Shown here: piece after piece, positions 41,042 to 51,886 of the stretch
How the letters are laid out: every line of letters starts with the position of its first letter
Position numbering within the stretch: the first letter of the stretch is position 1
Source of the DNA: Bacteroidota bacterium
GTDB lineage: Bacteria; Bacteroidota; Ignavibacteria; UBA10030; SZUA-254
DNA: 64,000 bases
Direction of reading: 5' to 3'
Assembly (NCBI GenBank): GCA_033854175.1
Contig: JAWOKN010000096.1
Span: 73,725 to 137,724 of the forward strand
Program-made: the position numbers and the translations under genes
The notes under the pieces: generated by a model
Database searches by the model: none
Told to the model about the DNA's origin: nothing
What the model saw: the letters and a program-made list of their open reading frames with translations, nothing else

Positions 41042-42802
41042 ATGAAATCCTTACTCCGGTTGTTGCCATATCTAAGAAAGTACAGGATTCCCCTGTTCTG
41101 GGGATTTTGTACTGTTGTGATGAGTAATATCCTGACGGTCATCCAGCCGAGAATTATTGGTCAAGCAATAGACACCTTAAAGGCAGGACTTGAGACGCAG
41201 CACGTCGATTCAGCTGCGTTGATGTATTATGGCCTGCTTGTGGTTGGGCTGTCTCTTGTCTCCGGTTTTTTTACATTTTTGACACGGCAGACGATTATTG
41301 TAACGTCACGCCACATTGAATTCGACCTCCGGAACGATTTTCTTGCGCACATCCAGAAATTATCGCTGTCGTATTTTCAGAACACTGCCACTGGTGATAT
41401 CATGGCACACGCGACGAACGACATTAATGCGGTGCGCAATGTTCTTGGGCCGGGTATCATGTATCCGACAGACACGTGTATGACCTTCACGATGGTTCTT
41501 GTTATGATGCTGTTGAGTGACTGGAAACTTACTCTTATGGCGCTGATTCCCCTCCCGGTGGTATCATACGTGGTGTATCGTCTCGGGAAATTGATTAATG
41601 AAAAATTTGAGGGGAGACAGGAACAGTTTTCCCGTCTCACCATGCGCGCACAGGAAAATTTTTCCGGCATCCGGATCGTGAAAGCCTATGTCCGCGAAGT
41701 ATATGAGATCGGAGTTTTCAGAGACATGAGTCAGGATTATCTCGAAAAGAACCTCGTCCTCGCCAAAATTCAGTCGGTGATGTGGCCGCTCATGTTTTTG
41801 CTGGTTGGATCTTCACTTGTTCTCACTGTCTATTTCGGTGGGCTACAGGTGATTCGTGGTACGATATCCCTCGGTACCTTGACGGCATTTTTCGGGTACT
41901 TGACGCTGCTCATCTGGCCCATGATCGCCTTTGGGTGGGTGACGAATATCCTTCAACAGGGAGCCGCATCGATGGAGCGTCTTGCGAAAATATTTGATTC
42001 AGAACCGGAAATTCAAAACCAGCCTGATATCCGCTCCGAGATGACCTCCATTCGGGGCGAAATCTGTTTTCGGAATGTTACGTTTTCCCATCTGGGGGCA
42101 AGATCGCCGACATTGAAGAATATCGATCTGACGATCCCTCAGGGAATGACGATTGCGGTCGTGGGTTATACAGGATCTGGAAAGTCAACGCTTCTTAATC
42201 TCATACCCCGTCTCTATGATGCAACGGAAGGCGAAGTATTGATTGATGGAGTCAACATCAAACAAATCCCTCTACAGAATCTACGCTCCGCCATCGGATA
42301 TGTTCAGCAGGAGACATTTCTCTTTTCTGACTCTTTACTGGAGAATATCTCGTATGGGACGGACAATGGGACGGCTGATCATGCCCGTGAAGCAGCTGAG
42401 GTTTCGCAGGTGGCCAAGGATATCGGTGAATTTCCGATGGGGTATGAAACGATCATCGGTGAGCGTGGTATAACCCTTTCAGGTGGGCAGAAACAGCGAA
42501 CGAGTATAGCGCGCGCAGTTATGCGGAATCCCAAAATCTTAATTCTGGATGACGCTCTCTCTGCTGTGGACACCTACACGGAGGAGGAAATCCTGCAGCG
42601 GCTTCGGACCGTGATGAAGGATCGGACGAGCATCATCGTCAGCCACCGTATCTCAACAGTCAAGGATGCTGATATGATTGTTGTTATGAATGAGGGGTGT
42701 ATTGCCGAACGCGGCACACATGAAGAACTGGTTGCGTTCGGAGGGATTTACGCTGAGTTGTATGAAAAGCAGCTCCTGGAGGAAGAACTGGAACAGCTCT
42801 AG
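41042..42802 (+). CDS. ABC exporter, fused permease/ATPase (type I exporter, half of a heterodimer)
   Basis: A six-TM N-domain, GYTGSGKST (Walker A), LSGGQKQR and ILILDDALSAVD. Confidence 0.9.
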   Translation: MKSLLRLLPYLRKYRIPLFWGFCTVVMSNILTVIQPRIIGQAIDTLKAGLETQHVDSAALMYYGLLVVGLSLVSGFFTFLTRQTIIVTSRHIEFDLRNDFLAHIQKLSLSYFQNTATGDIMAHATNDINAVRNVLGPGIMYPTDTCMTFTMVLVMMLLSDWKLTLMALIPLPVVSYVVYRLGKLINEKFEGRQEQFSRLTMRAQENFSGIRIVKAYVREVYEIGVFRDMSQDYLEKNLVLAKIQSVMWPLMFLLVGSSLVLTVYFGGLQVIRGTISLGTLTAFFGYLTLLIWPMIAFGWVTNILQQGAASMERLAKIFDSEPEIQNQPDIRSEMTSIRGEICFRNVTFSHLGARSPTLKNIDLTIPQGMTIAVVGYTGSGKSTLLNLIPRLYDATEGEVLIDGVNIKQIPLQNLRSAIGYVQQETFLFSDSLLENISYGTDNGTADHAREAAEVSQVAKDIGEFPMGYETIIGERGITLSGGQKQRTSIARAVMRNPKILILDDALSAVDTYTEEEILQRLRTVMKDRTSIIVSHRISTVKDADMIVVMNEGCIAERGTHEELVAFGGIYAELYEKQLLEEELEQL

Positions 42803-42894
42803 CCGGGTAACACCTGAGGGTAAAAAGGAAGTTCCATTAGGACATTCGGATGAATCCGGCTTATCAAGAGTAATTTTTTGCTTGTCATTGTCTC

Positions 42895-44676
42895 ATGCAG
42901 GACGAAGAAATACTGGGTAAAGCATATGACAGCCGTTTGATGAAACGGTTGCTGCACTATCTCCGACCCTACCGGGGATACGTTGCAATGGGAATCGTTT
43001 TGAGCATAGCCGTATCGGGCCTCGAAGCTGTCCGGCCATGGTTTACCAAGCACGCAGTCGATGTCAATATCAGCTCGCATGATGAAAAAGGATTGTTGTT
43101 GACTACGGTGGCGTTTCTCGGTGTCCTCGTTGTCAGGGGCGTTATTCAATATGCGAACGCCTACCTCACGCAATGGATCGGTCAGAAAACAATTTTTGAT
43201 CTGCGCATGGAGCTCTATGAACATATCCAGCGCCTGGGACTGAAGTTCTTTGACCGGAATCCGATTGGCCGCCTGATCACCAGGGTAACAAATGACATCG
43301 AAGTGCTGAATGAAATGTTTTCGTCGGGTATCGTGATGGTGTTCAGCGATGTATTTACAATCCTTGGCATTCTTTATTTTATGTTCTCGATGAGTGTCTC
43401 GCTTGCGCTCATTTCACTGAGTGTGCTTCCGTTGCTGTTTTACGGGACATTTCTCTTCCGCAAGAAGGCCCGGGAGGCGTACCGCGAAGTGCGTATACAA
43501 CTTGCCCGGATCAATACCTTCATGCAGGAACATATCACCGGAATCGTTGTCGACCAAATTTATAACAGGGAAGAAAAATCATTCAGACAATTTTCGTCCA
43601 TCAACGCAGCCCATCGTGACGCTAATATCAAATCGATCTTTTATTATGCGGTATTTTATCCCGGTGTGGATCTCATCAGTGCGTTGGCTATCGGAATGAT
43701 TGTGTGGTACGCCGGATACGGGGCGCTCCACGGTAGTATCACCATCGGAACGGTCATGGCATTTTTCCAGTTCAACGAAATGTTCTGGCGCCCAATCAGG
43801 GATCTATCGGAAAAATACAATATTATGCAGACGGCGATGGCTTCATCGGAACGGATTTTTAAACTCCTTGACGACAGGACATTTGTCAAAAATCCCGCCA
43901 CGCCGGTGGCTCTCCCCGATTTTAAGGGCGATATTGAATTCCGCAATGTCTGGTTTGCGTACAATAATGAGGAGTGGGTCCTGAAAAACATCTCATTCAG
44001 AATCCAGCAGGGAGAAACCATTGCGTTTGTCGGCCATACGGGTGCGGGAAAAACCTCAATTATTAACCTGATGACACGCTTTTATGAGTTTCAAAGAGGG
44101 GAAATTCTCGTTGATGGTGTCGACATAAGGAAAATCCGTCAGGAAGATCTCCGTCAGCACATGGCGATTGTCCTTCAGGATGTTTTCCTCTTCTCGGGTG
44201 ATATAAAAACGAATATCAGTCTGGGGAATGAGACTATTCCCTCCGACCGGATTAAAGCTGCGGCGAGGGTGGTCGGTGCACACCACTTTATTGAAAAACT
44301 GCCAGGTCAGTATGATGAAGCAGTGAAGGAACGGGGGGCAACGCTCTCGGTAGGGCAAAAACAGCTTATATCTTTTGCCCGCGCTCTCGCAGTACATCCA
44401 AAAATCCTTATTCTGGATGAAGCGACATCGAGCATAGATACTGAAACGGAGATCATCATTCAGCAGGCAATCAGAAAACTTCTTCAGGGACGGACCTCCA
44501 TCGTCATCGCCCACCGGTTATCGACCATCCAAAGGGCAAATAAAATTATCGTGATGCACAAAGGCGAGATCCGTGAAATGGGAACCCACCAGGAACTCCT
44601 CGCGCACGGAGGTATTTATTTCAAACTGTACAAACTCCAGTACAAGGGGCAGGAACGCATCATTGAAAAAGTCTAA
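42895..44676 (+). CDS. ABC exporter, fused permease/ATPase (partner half)
   Basis: GHTGAGKTS, LSVGQKQL and ILILDEATSSID. Confidence 0.9.
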   Translation: MQDEEILGKAYDSRLMKRLLHYLRPYRGYVAMGIVLSIAVSGLEAVRPWFTKHAVDVNISSHDEKGLLLTTVAFLGVLVVRGVIQYANAYLTQWIGQKTIFDLRMELYEHIQRLGLKFFDRNPIGRLITRVTNDIEVLNEMFSSGIVMVFSDVFTILGILYFMFSMSVSLALISLSVLPLLFYGTFLFRKKAREAYREVRIQLARINTFMQEHITGIVVDQIYNREEKSFRQFSSINAAHRDANIKSIFYYAVFYPGVDLISALAIGMIVWYAGYGALHGSITIGTVMAFFQFNEMFWRPIRDLSEKYNIMQTAMASSERIFKLLDDRTFVKNPATPVALPDFKGDIEFRNVWFAYNNEEWVLKNISFRIQQGETIAFVGHTGAGKTSIINLMTRFYEFQRGEILVDGVDIRKIRQEDLRQHMAIVLQDVFLFSGDIKTNISLGNETIPSDRIKAAARVVGAHHFIEKLPGQYDEAVKERGATLSVGQKQLISFARALAVHPKILILDEATSSIDTETEIIIQQAIRKLLQGRTSIVIAHRLSTIQRANKIIVMHKGEIREMGTHQELLAHGGIYFKLYKLQYKGQERIIEKV

Positions 44677-44827
44677 GCATGTACTGGGAAGTATTCCTTT
44701 TGTCGACGGATCGTTAGTTCGTGGTTTCTTTTAACCGGAGAAGTCGGTATCTTGCAGGGGGAATTGCGACGGGTGAAAATCCTGGCGCTCTCATTCTCCA
44801 CTAATTTTCGATGAAAAGAGGTGCTAT

Positions 44828-46330
44828 ATGAAATCGATCATGATGTTTCTCTTCTCCTGCCTGATATTTTCACATTTTGTCACGTTAACACAATCCCAGG
44901 AGAAAAGCCGTACGGCAGGGGATCGCACACACGTTGATCTGACTATCTACAACCAGAATCTCTCCCTTATCAGGGAAGAACGGATCATGAATTTTGAGAA
45001 AGGGATAGGCAGGATTGTCATTCCTGATATTCCGGCGACGATTGACGGAACATCGCTCCACTTTTCCAGCCGGACTGATCCATTGGCAGTCCGGGTTCTG
45101 GAGCAGAATTACCAGTACGATCTCGTCAGCCAGTCAAAAATTCTCGAAAAATATATCGGTAAGGAAATCCAATTCGTACGTCAAAATGAAGAGACGAAGA
45201 AGGAATATACCGTCACCGGAAAACTCCTAGCAGCCGGAATGCAGTCGCCGTACCAGCCTAACAGACGCTATTCATTAGCCGATGGTATGGTGGCTGAAAT
45301 CAACGGAAAACTCGAAATCAATCCGGACGGCCGTCTGATTCTTCCTGATTTGCCTGAAGGATTAATTCTGAAGCCTCAGCTTGAATGGCTGGTAGAATGT
45401 ACGCACCCGGGGAAACATGAGACGGAAATCAGTTATCTCGCGGGTCAGTTATCCTGGAGCGCGGATTATGTTGCTCTACTGGACAGTAACGATACACATC
45501 TTGATATGACTGGATGGGTAACAGTTACAAATAATTGTGGAACAAGTTTTAACGATGCTGGTCTTAAGCTTGTGGCCGGCGATGTCAATCTTGTCCAGAA
45601 GGAATTCGAAGGTGTCCGTCCGATGGCCAAAGGATTAGAGACAGCTGAAAACGCCCCGCAGTTCAAACAGAGTGAGTTGTTTGAATATAAGCTCTACACA
45701 TTGCAACGGCGGACCAACCTCAAGAATGATGAAACAAAACAGATTGAACTTGTGAGCGGAAAACGCATTCCGTCAGTGAAGCAATTTATTTATGACGGGC
45801 TTGCAGATCAGTGGCGTTATTGGTTTCAGAATCCGTCGTACCGCAACAATGAAACTTTCGGCCAACAGTCAAACACTAAAGTCGGCGTCTATGTGACGTT
45901 CAGGAATGATGGGAAATCGGGCCTTGGAATTCCATTACCAAAGGGGAAAGTGCGGGTCTACAAGCGTGATGAGGAGGGGAAGGAGCAATTTATCGGGGAA
46001 AATCAGATTGATCATACACCGAAGGATGAAGAGCTCCGGCTCTATCTCGGTAATGCTTTCGATATCGTTGGGGAACGGGCACAGGTAGATTTTAAATCGT
46101 CTCAATCGGGAAGAATGGTCGAGGAAACCGTCCGCATCAAGGTCAGGAATCATAAATCGACTGGGGTCGAAGTACAGATCTATGAACACCCGTGGCGTTG
46201 GAGCCAGTGGGAAATCACGAGCAAGTCAGTGGATTTTGTGAAGGTGGATCAGTCGACGATAAGATTTCCCGTAAGGATCGCGAAGGATGAGGAAAAGGTC
46301 GTTACCTATACAATCCGTTACACCTGGTAA
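44828..46330 (+). CDS. Secreted hypothetical protein, DUF4139-like
   Basis: It has a signal peptide. The DLTIYNQNLSLIREER opening and the about 500 aa of beta-rich sequence resemble DUF4139 proteins as I recall them. Confidence 0.55.
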   Translation: MKSIMMFLFSCLIFSHFVTLTQSQEKSRTAGDRTHVDLTIYNQNLSLIREERIMNFEKGIGRIVIPDIPATIDGTSLHFSSRTDPLAVRVLEQNYQYDLVSQSKILEKYIGKEIQFVRQNEETKKEYTVTGKLLAAGMQSPYQPNRRYSLADGMVAEINGKLEINPDGRLILPDLPEGLILKPQLEWLVECTHPGKHETEISYLAGQLSWSADYVALLDSNDTHLDMTGWVTVTNNCGTSFNDAGLKLVAGDVNLVQKEFEGVRPMAKGLETAENAPQFKQSELFEYKLYTLQRRTNLKNDETKQIELVSGKRIPSVKQFIYDGLADQWRYWFQNPSYRNNETFGQQSNTKVGVYVTFRNDGKSGLGIPLPKGKVRVYKRDEEGKEQFIGENQIDHTPKDEELRLYLGNAFDIVGERAQVDFKSSQSGRMVEETVRIKVRNHKSTGVEVQIYEHPWRWSQWEITSKSVDFVKVDQSTIRFPVRIAKDEEKVVTYTIRYTW

Positions 46331-46378
46331 AAACGACGGTCGGAAAAAGGGAATCGGGGAGATATCTGAGCGCAGGCT

Positions 46379-47395
46379 TCATTTTTCCCCCCTCAAAAAT
46401 GATTCACAGAGATTCATATCTTCTTCACTTCCCAGAAAAACAGGGGTGTGCTGGTGAAGTGACTGGGGCTGGACCTCGAGGAGTCGTTGTTTTCCGTTGG
46501 TCGCCCTTCCCCCAGCTTGCTCGATAACAAAAGCGACGGGATTGCACTCGTACATCAGGCGGAGTTTTCCCTCAGGATTTTTTTTATCAGCCGGGTAGGC
46601 GAATATGCCTCCGTATAATAATGTGCGATGGGTATCACCGACCATGGTGCCGATATATCGGTGGGAGTAAGGCCGATTGCTGGCCGGGTCGTTTTGCTTC
46701 AGGTGGGCAATGTACTTTTGCATTCCGGGATCCCACTGGTGGAAATTACCCTCATTAATGCTGTAAATTTTTCCCTTCTTCGGGATTCTGATGTTTTGGT
46801 GAGAGAGAAGAAATTCCCCGACGCTTGGATCAAGGGTAAATCCGTGGACACCCTGCCCTGTTGTATAGACAAAAATCGTGCTTGATCCATAGATAATATA
46901 TCCAGCTGCCACTTGATTGAGTCCCTGCTGGAGGCAGTCTGTGAGTGTTCCTTTGCCGCCTGTAGAGACCCTTCGATAAACGCTGAAAATGGATCCGATG
47001 GTAATATTTGCATCAATATTTGATGAACCGTCAAGCGGATCGTAAAGGAGGACGTATTTACCTGAAGGATACATTTCAGGAATATGGAGGATATCCTCAT
47101 TTTCCTCAGAAGCCATGCAGCAGAGATGCCCACCGTGATCCACCGATTTATAAATTGTCTCATCTGCAAATTCGTCGAGTTTTTTAACTTCATCCCCACT
47201 GACATTCATCCGGTCTGTGGTCCCGAGGATATTGACAAGGCCGGCTTTACTCACTTCACGCCACACGAGCTTTGCTGCAAGCGAAAGATCGTGCAGAAGA
47301 CCGGAAAAATCCCCTGTCGCGTTTCTATACTTCATCTGTTGTTCATTGATGAATCGCTCGAGCGTCATGAATTTTTTCGATGTCGGTGATATCAT
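46379..47395 (-). CDS. fbp: Class 1 fructose-1,6-bisphosphatase
   Basis: DPLDGSSNIDANITIGSIF and YIGTMVGDTHRTLLYGGIFAYP. Confidence 0.93.
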   Translation of the reverse strand: MISPTSKKFMTLERFINEQQMKYRNATGDFSGLLHDLSLAAKLVWREVSKAGLVNILGTTDRMNVSGDEVKKLDEFADETIYKSVDHGGHLCCMASEENEDILHIPEMYPSGKYVLLYDPLDGSSNIDANITIGSIFSVYRRVSTGGKGTLTDCLQQGLNQVAAGYIIYGSSTIFVYTTGQGVHGFTLDPSVGEFLLSHQNIRIPKKGKIYSINEGNFHQWDPGMQKYIAHLKQNDPASNRPYSHRYIGTMVGDTHRTLLYGGIFAYPADKKNPEGKLRLMYECNPVAFVIEQAGGRATNGKQRLLEVQPQSLHQHTPVFLGSEEDMNLCESFLRGEK

Positions 47396-47809
47396 ATTCT
47401 TTTCAGCGCAAAGGTAATATCATAAAATTTTAATCTGAAAAATGTAAAGAAAACCCCATCGAGTTGCAATAGTAATTCTCAAGAAGTGGACTGTCCAGCC
47501 GCTTCGTGGCTGCCACCGATTTCTCAGATACGGATAACCCTCATGGACTATTCGTGACCGGCAAAATACAGTTCAGGCCGATATTAGAATTTTGTTTTTA
47601 TTCCGGAATGTGGGTATATTTCACATAGAAGGTCTTTCGACTCCCGATATAACCTTCAGATCTCGTTTCGAGCACCAGGGAGATCTTGAAGTTGACCACG
47701 ACCAGGAACAGATTCACCCGTGTCAAGTGTCTATATGTACCTGGAGGATCATGCATCGCGCCTGAGGGTCGGGACACCGTATAATACCACTCATCCAGAA
47801 AATACCTAT

Positions 47810-48556
47810 ATGAAAATTGTTGTTTGCGTAAATCACGCCCCCGACACGGAAACGAAGGTGAAAATTGGTAGCGACGGTAGGACAATTGATCCTACAGGTG
47901 TTAACTATATCCTCAATCCGTATGATGAATTTGCCATTGAGGCGGCGCTGCGTTTGAAAGAGCAGCACGGTGGTGAAACGTGTGCCCTCACTCTCGGTCC
48001 GGATGTGCATAAAGAAACCCTCCGCAAGGCACTCGCAATTGGTATTGAAAAGGCAATTCTTTTGAAAGATGCAACGCCGCGCGATTCATTTTCCATCGCG
48101 AGGGCACTCGTCGGAGAATTAAAGACTATTGCTCCTGATTGCGTGCTCTTTGGCAAACAATCGATCGATTATTACGACGAACAAATTCCCGGTCTGGTTG
48201 CAGAACTGCTTGGATGGCCTTCGGTATCAGTGGTCATCAAACTCGAAGTTGAAGCCGGTAAAGTTCATTGTGTCAGGGAGATCGAGGGGGGGCATGAGAT
48301 CGTCGAGACAAGCTTACCGGTTGTCATTACGACCCAAAAGGGGCTGAATGAACCCCGTTATCCCTCGCTGAAGGGGATCATGGCAGCAAAATCCAAACCG
48401 ATTGAAGAGAAGACACCCGCAGTGTTCACTCCGGTGGTGGAAACGCTCGAAATGAAGAAACCTCCGGCGAAACAGGCAGGCAGGATTATTGGGATGGATG
48501 CAACCGCCGTCCCTGAGCTTATCCGTCTTCTTCATGAAGAGGCCAAGATTATTTAA
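47810..48556 (+). CDS. etfB: Electron transfer flavoprotein subunit beta
   Basis: The ATG at 47810 gives MKIVVCVNHAPDTETKVKIG...NPYDEFAIEAALRLKE. The listed 47720 start adds a non-conserved extension. Confidence 0.9.
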   Translation: MKIVVCVNHAPDTETKVKIGSDGRTIDPTGVNYILNPYDEFAIEAALRLKEQHGGETCALTLGPDVHKETLRKALAIGIEKAILLKDATPRDSFSIARALVGELKTIAPDCVLFGKQSIDYYDEQIPGLVAELLGWPSVSVVIKLEVEAGKVHCVREIEGGHEIVETSLPVVITTQKGLNEPRYPSLKGIMAAKSKPIEEKTPAVFTPVVETLEMKKPPAKQAGRIIGMDATAVPELIRLLHEEAKII

Positions 48557-48576
48557 CATCGATTTAACTTGATTCA

Positions 48577-49557
48577 ATGTCTATGAAGATTCTCGCATTT
48601 GCAGAACAGCGTGAAGGAAAGTTTAAGAAGTCAGCCTTTGAAGTAACGAGTGCTGCGAAACGCATTGCCGGTGAGTTGAAGGCGGAGCTCATTACTCTTG
48701 TGATCGGTCACAATGTCGATGGAATTACCCGCGACCTCGGTGCGTATGGCGCGACCCGCATTCTGGTGGCTGATGATCCGCGGTTGCACTTCTATTCAAC
48801 GACCGCCTATTCCCGCATAGTCGCGGATACCGCGAAACGTGAAAATGTCTCGATAATCTTTTGCCCGGCAAGCCAGATGGGCAAGGATCTTACTCCGCGA
48901 GTCGGTGCGATCCTTTCAGCCGGTATCGCCTCGGATTGCACAGGTTTGGCGGTGAAGAATGGCGAGATTGTTGCCACTCGGCCCGTTTATGCCGGAAAAG
49001 CCCTTATCGAGGTACGGATAACGTCCCCAGTGAAGATTTTCACCCTGCGTCCCAATGTGTTTACCGCCGCATCGATCGACGGGATGTCCCCGACGCGTGA
49101 AATGATCAGCGTGCAGCTGGATGATGCTGCTTTTTCATCTCGAGTAACCGGTGTTCAGATTGCTGAAGGAAGACCGGATGTGACAGAAGCGACTGTTGTT
49201 GTATCGGGCGGACGAGGAGTGAAAGCCCCTGAACATTTTCAGCTCATCGAGAAACTTGCGGATGTTCTTGGAGGGGCGGTTGGGGCATCACGCGCAGTCG
49301 TCGATGCAGGATGGCGGCCTCATGACGAGCAGGTTGGACAAACCGGGAAAACGGTATCTCCGACACTCTATGTCGCATGCGGAATATCGGGTGCGGTTCA
49401 GCATCTTGCAGGAATGTCATCTTCTAAGTATATTGTTGCAATCAACAAGGACAAAGACGCTCCGATATTTCAGATTGCCGATTATGGTATCGTGGGCGAT
49501 TTGTTTGAGGTGGTACCGGCACTGACGGAAGCGTTAAAGAAGACATTGGGTAAATAA
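48577..49557 (+). CDS. etfA: Electron transfer flavoprotein subunit alpha
   Basis: The FAD-binding C-terminus is VSGGRGV...GASRAVVDAGW...QVGQTGKTVSPTLYVACGISGAVQHLAGM. Confidence 0.92.
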   Translation: MSMKILAFAEQREGKFKKSAFEVTSAAKRIAGELKAELITLVIGHNVDGITRDLGAYGATRILVADDPRLHFYSTTAYSRIVADTAKRENVSIIFCPASQMGKDLTPRVGAILSAGIASDCTGLAVKNGEIVATRPVYAGKALIEVRITSPVKIFTLRPNVFTAASIDGMSPTREMISVQLDDAAFSSRVTGVQIAEGRPDVTEATVVVSGGRGVKAPEHFQLIEKLADVLGGAVGASRAVVDAGWRPHDEQVGQTGKTVSPTLYVACGISGAVQHLAGMSSSKYIVAINKDKDAPIFQIADYGIVGDLFEVVPALTEALKKTLGK

Positions 49558-49573
49558 GAGGAGTCTGGACACG

Positions 49574-50134
49574 GTGGATAAAATACAGGTAGATATTCTT
49601 GGATTATCAACTAGCCCTGCGAGCGGCGGTGCCTATGCGCTCATATTGAAGGAGGTTAACGGTAACAGGCGGCTTCCCATTATCATAGGAGCCTTTGAAG
49701 CGCAATCAATCGCCCTTGAAATGGAGGGGATTAAACCACCGCGACCCCTGACACATGACCTCATGAAGAATATAATTGAAAGCATGGGTACTGAGTTGGC
49801 TGAAATCACCATTAGTGAGCTGAAGGATGGCACATTCTACGCAAAGTTATCGTTCGACACACAGGAGATAGACGCACGACCGAGCGATGCGATCGCCCTC
49901 GCGGTCAGATTCGGGGCGCCCATTTATGTTGCTGAACGTGTGATGGATGAAGCGTCGTTTTTACCTGAGGAAGAATCTGAAACAGCAGACGGAACACAAC
50001 GGAAGACGAAAGAGACAAAACTTACCCGCATTGAAGCACTTCGTGCTCAGCTCAAAGACGCGGTTGAGCGTGAAGATTACGAAAAGGCCGCAAAAATTAG
50101 GGATGAATTGCGGAACATTGAACAACGTCATTGA
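49574..50134 (+). CDS. Bifunctional nuclease (DUF151) with a C-terminal UVR motif
   Basis: LPIIIGAFEAQSIALEMEG...RPLTHDL...ARPSDAIALAVR and EDYEKAAKIRDEL. It starts with GTG. Confidence 0.75.
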   Translation: MDKIQVDILGLSTSPASGGAYALILKEVNGNRRLPIIIGAFEAQSIALEMEGIKPPRPLTHDLMKNIIESMGTELAEITISELKDGTFYAKLSFDTQEIDARPSDAIALAVRFGAPIYVAERVMDEASFLPEEESETADGTQRKTKETKLTRIEALRAQLKDAVEREDYEKAAKIRDELRNIEQRH

Positions 50135-50850
50135 TATCTTTTCTTTACCAACCTTACCATCTCCTTAACCGCACGATCCAGACCGACGAAAAGAGCACGC
50201 ACGATAACCGCGTGACCGATACTCACTTCTTCAATCTGTCCGATACGGGCCAGCGGAGCTGTGTTGGAATAATTCAGTCCATGTCCCGCGTTCACACCAA
50301 GCCCGACAAGCTGGCCGTACGCCGCCATGGTCTTGATTGTCCGGAGCAAATGCTTCCGGGCTGAATCCGTCCGTGCATTCGCATACTCACCGGTATGGAG
50401 TTCGATCATGTCGGCTCCGACCCTCACTGCAGCATCGATCTGTAATTTTACGGGATCGATGAAAAGGCTGACGGGTATTCGGGCGGAATGAAATTTCCTT
50501 ATTGTTTTATCGAGGGAGGACTGCAGCCGCACTACATCCAATCCCCCCTCGGTTGTAAGCTCACGGCGTTTCTCGGGTACGAGGGTAACCAGGTCGGGTT
50601 TGAGACGGAGTGCAATGGCGACAATTTCCGGAGTGGCGGCCATTTCCAGATCAAGTTTTGTAGAAATTACGGAACGTAGGAGCCGGAGATCACCGTCCCG
50701 CATATGACGGCGGTCTTCCCTGAGATGACAAACAATTCCATCGGCCCCAGCGTGTTCGACTATTTTTGCGGCTTCCAGGGGCGATGGTTCCGTTCCACCG
50801 CGGGCATTGCGCAACGTGGCCACATGATCGATGTTGATTGATAATCGCAT
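50128..50850 (-). CDS. pdxJ: Pyridoxine 5'-phosphate synthase
   Basis: LSINIDHVATLRNARG, CHLREDRRH and ELHTG. Confidence 0.93.
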   Translation of the reverse strand: MRLSINIDHVATLRNARGGTEPSPLEAAKIVEHAGADGIVCHLREDRRHMRDGDLRLLRSVISTKLDLEMAATPEIVAIALRLKPDLVTLVPEKRRELTTEGGLDVVRLQSSLDKTIRKFHSARIPVSLFIDPVKLQIDAAVRVGADMIELHTGEYANARTDSARKHLLRTIKTMAAYGQLVGLGVNAGHGLNYSNTAPLARIGQIEEVSIGHAVIVRALFVGLDRAVKEMVRLVKKRYQ

Positions 50851-50864
50851 CTCGGGATAGTCGG

Positions 50865-51788
50865 TTATAGTCTTTTCCGGATAATGAAGCGCACGTGCTC
50901 GGGTTTTATACTTACGATTTTTACGCCATCAAGATCATTGAGGTGAGGTGCGACGGATGTGACGGTGTCCTGGACAAGATCGCTGTATGGGACTGTCGGT
51001 TGAAAATCGGTATCCGTCAGCCGTGCGAGCTGATCGATTCCTCCGCGTGCGATGAGATCAATTTTAGGGGGGATGAAAATGACTTCCCTGTTTGTAGGGG
51101 CCCCCTGGCAGTTCATCGTGATCCCGCTGAATGTTTTCTCCGCGAAGGGCTGAACGTTGAGCCGCAGGTGCGTTACTGATGTGAAAAGTTCGATTGAATG
51201 GGTTGTGGGCACTTCAAGAGGGATATCGACATCGAGCGGCGAGTGAAGATTGTCAAATTTCCGGTATTCTGTCGGCCAGCCGGAGATGTTCCCTAGAATG
51301 GTCTGTGAACCCCCTATACGGAGGCTATCGGGGAGGAACTGCATTTGACCGACCTGCCCGTAGCCATCGCGGAACTCGAGAACGATCCGTGGTTCGATCG
51401 GCACCTCTTTTTCTCCATACTCGTCAAGTGCGAGAACAAGCGTATCGGGTTTCACGTCAATGGGTTGCAATACGACCGGGAGCTTAATATGTTCAAGTAG
51501 ATCACGGCCGGTTATGATAAATTTTTCTTCTCCGATAGAGGAGACGTCTATAAAATATTTTACATCGGGTGACAGATAAAGTCCGGCTAGCTGCCATCCG
51601 TTACCCCGCAGACGGACATTGACATTCGTGGGGAGCGGATATTTCAGCGCCTGGCCTTCTTTCATGTTTTCAAGAACGACGGGGATTTGCTTCGTAATGG
51701 TATATTCATCACGCATGTTGATGGATAGCCAGGTCAGAATCGCAAAGATGACCGCTGCGACGATGATATGATAACGTTTCTGATCCAT
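50865..51788 (-). CDS. YbbR-like domain-containing membrane-anchored protein
   Basis: An N-terminal TM helix (IIVAAVIFAILTWLSI) is followed by repeated beta-rich modules (IPVVLENM..., VNVRLRG...), as in YbbR/CdaR proteins. Confidence 0.65.
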   Translation of the reverse strand: MDQKRYHIIVAAVIFAILTWLSINMRDEYTITKQIPVVLENMKEGQALKYPLPTNVNVRLRGNGWQLAGLYLSPDVKYFIDVSSIGEEKFIITGRDLLEHIKLPVVLQPIDVKPDTLVLALDEYGEKEVPIEPRIVLEFRDGYGQVGQMQFLPDSLRIGGSQTILGNISGWPTEYRKFDNLHSPLDVDIPLEVPTTHSIELFTSVTHLRLNVQPFAEKTFSGITMNCQGAPTNREVIFIPPKIDLIARGGIDQLARLTDTDFQPTVPYSDLVQDTVTSVAPHLNDLDGVKIVSIKPEHVRFIIRKRL

Positions 51789-51835
51789 CCTGGTGTTTCG
51801 TTATGACATCATGATGATAAATACATTTGCTCTAT

Positions 51836-51863
51836 AAAACAAAAAACTCCATTGCGGATGGAG
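51836..51863 (-). terminator. Rho-independent terminator of the BMC shell cassette
   Basis: On the minus strand, CTCCAT-ccgca-ATGGAG (51847-51852/51858-51863) is followed by TTTTTTGTTTT (51836-51846). It lies 24 nt after the stop of the 201-aa BMC gene. Confidence 0.65.
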
Positions 51864-51886
51864 TGATGGGAGAAAACATGATAATT

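Noticed and set aside
47396-47809. Structured RNA or small gene in the 414-nt fbp/etfB divergent intergenic region, including the listed 95-aa ORF at 47598-47885
   Set aside because: Only short hairpins are present, for example AGATCTC-N15-GAGATCT near 47658-47686. The ORF overlaps the etfB start and has odd composition. TATAAT at 47780-47785 has no matching -35.
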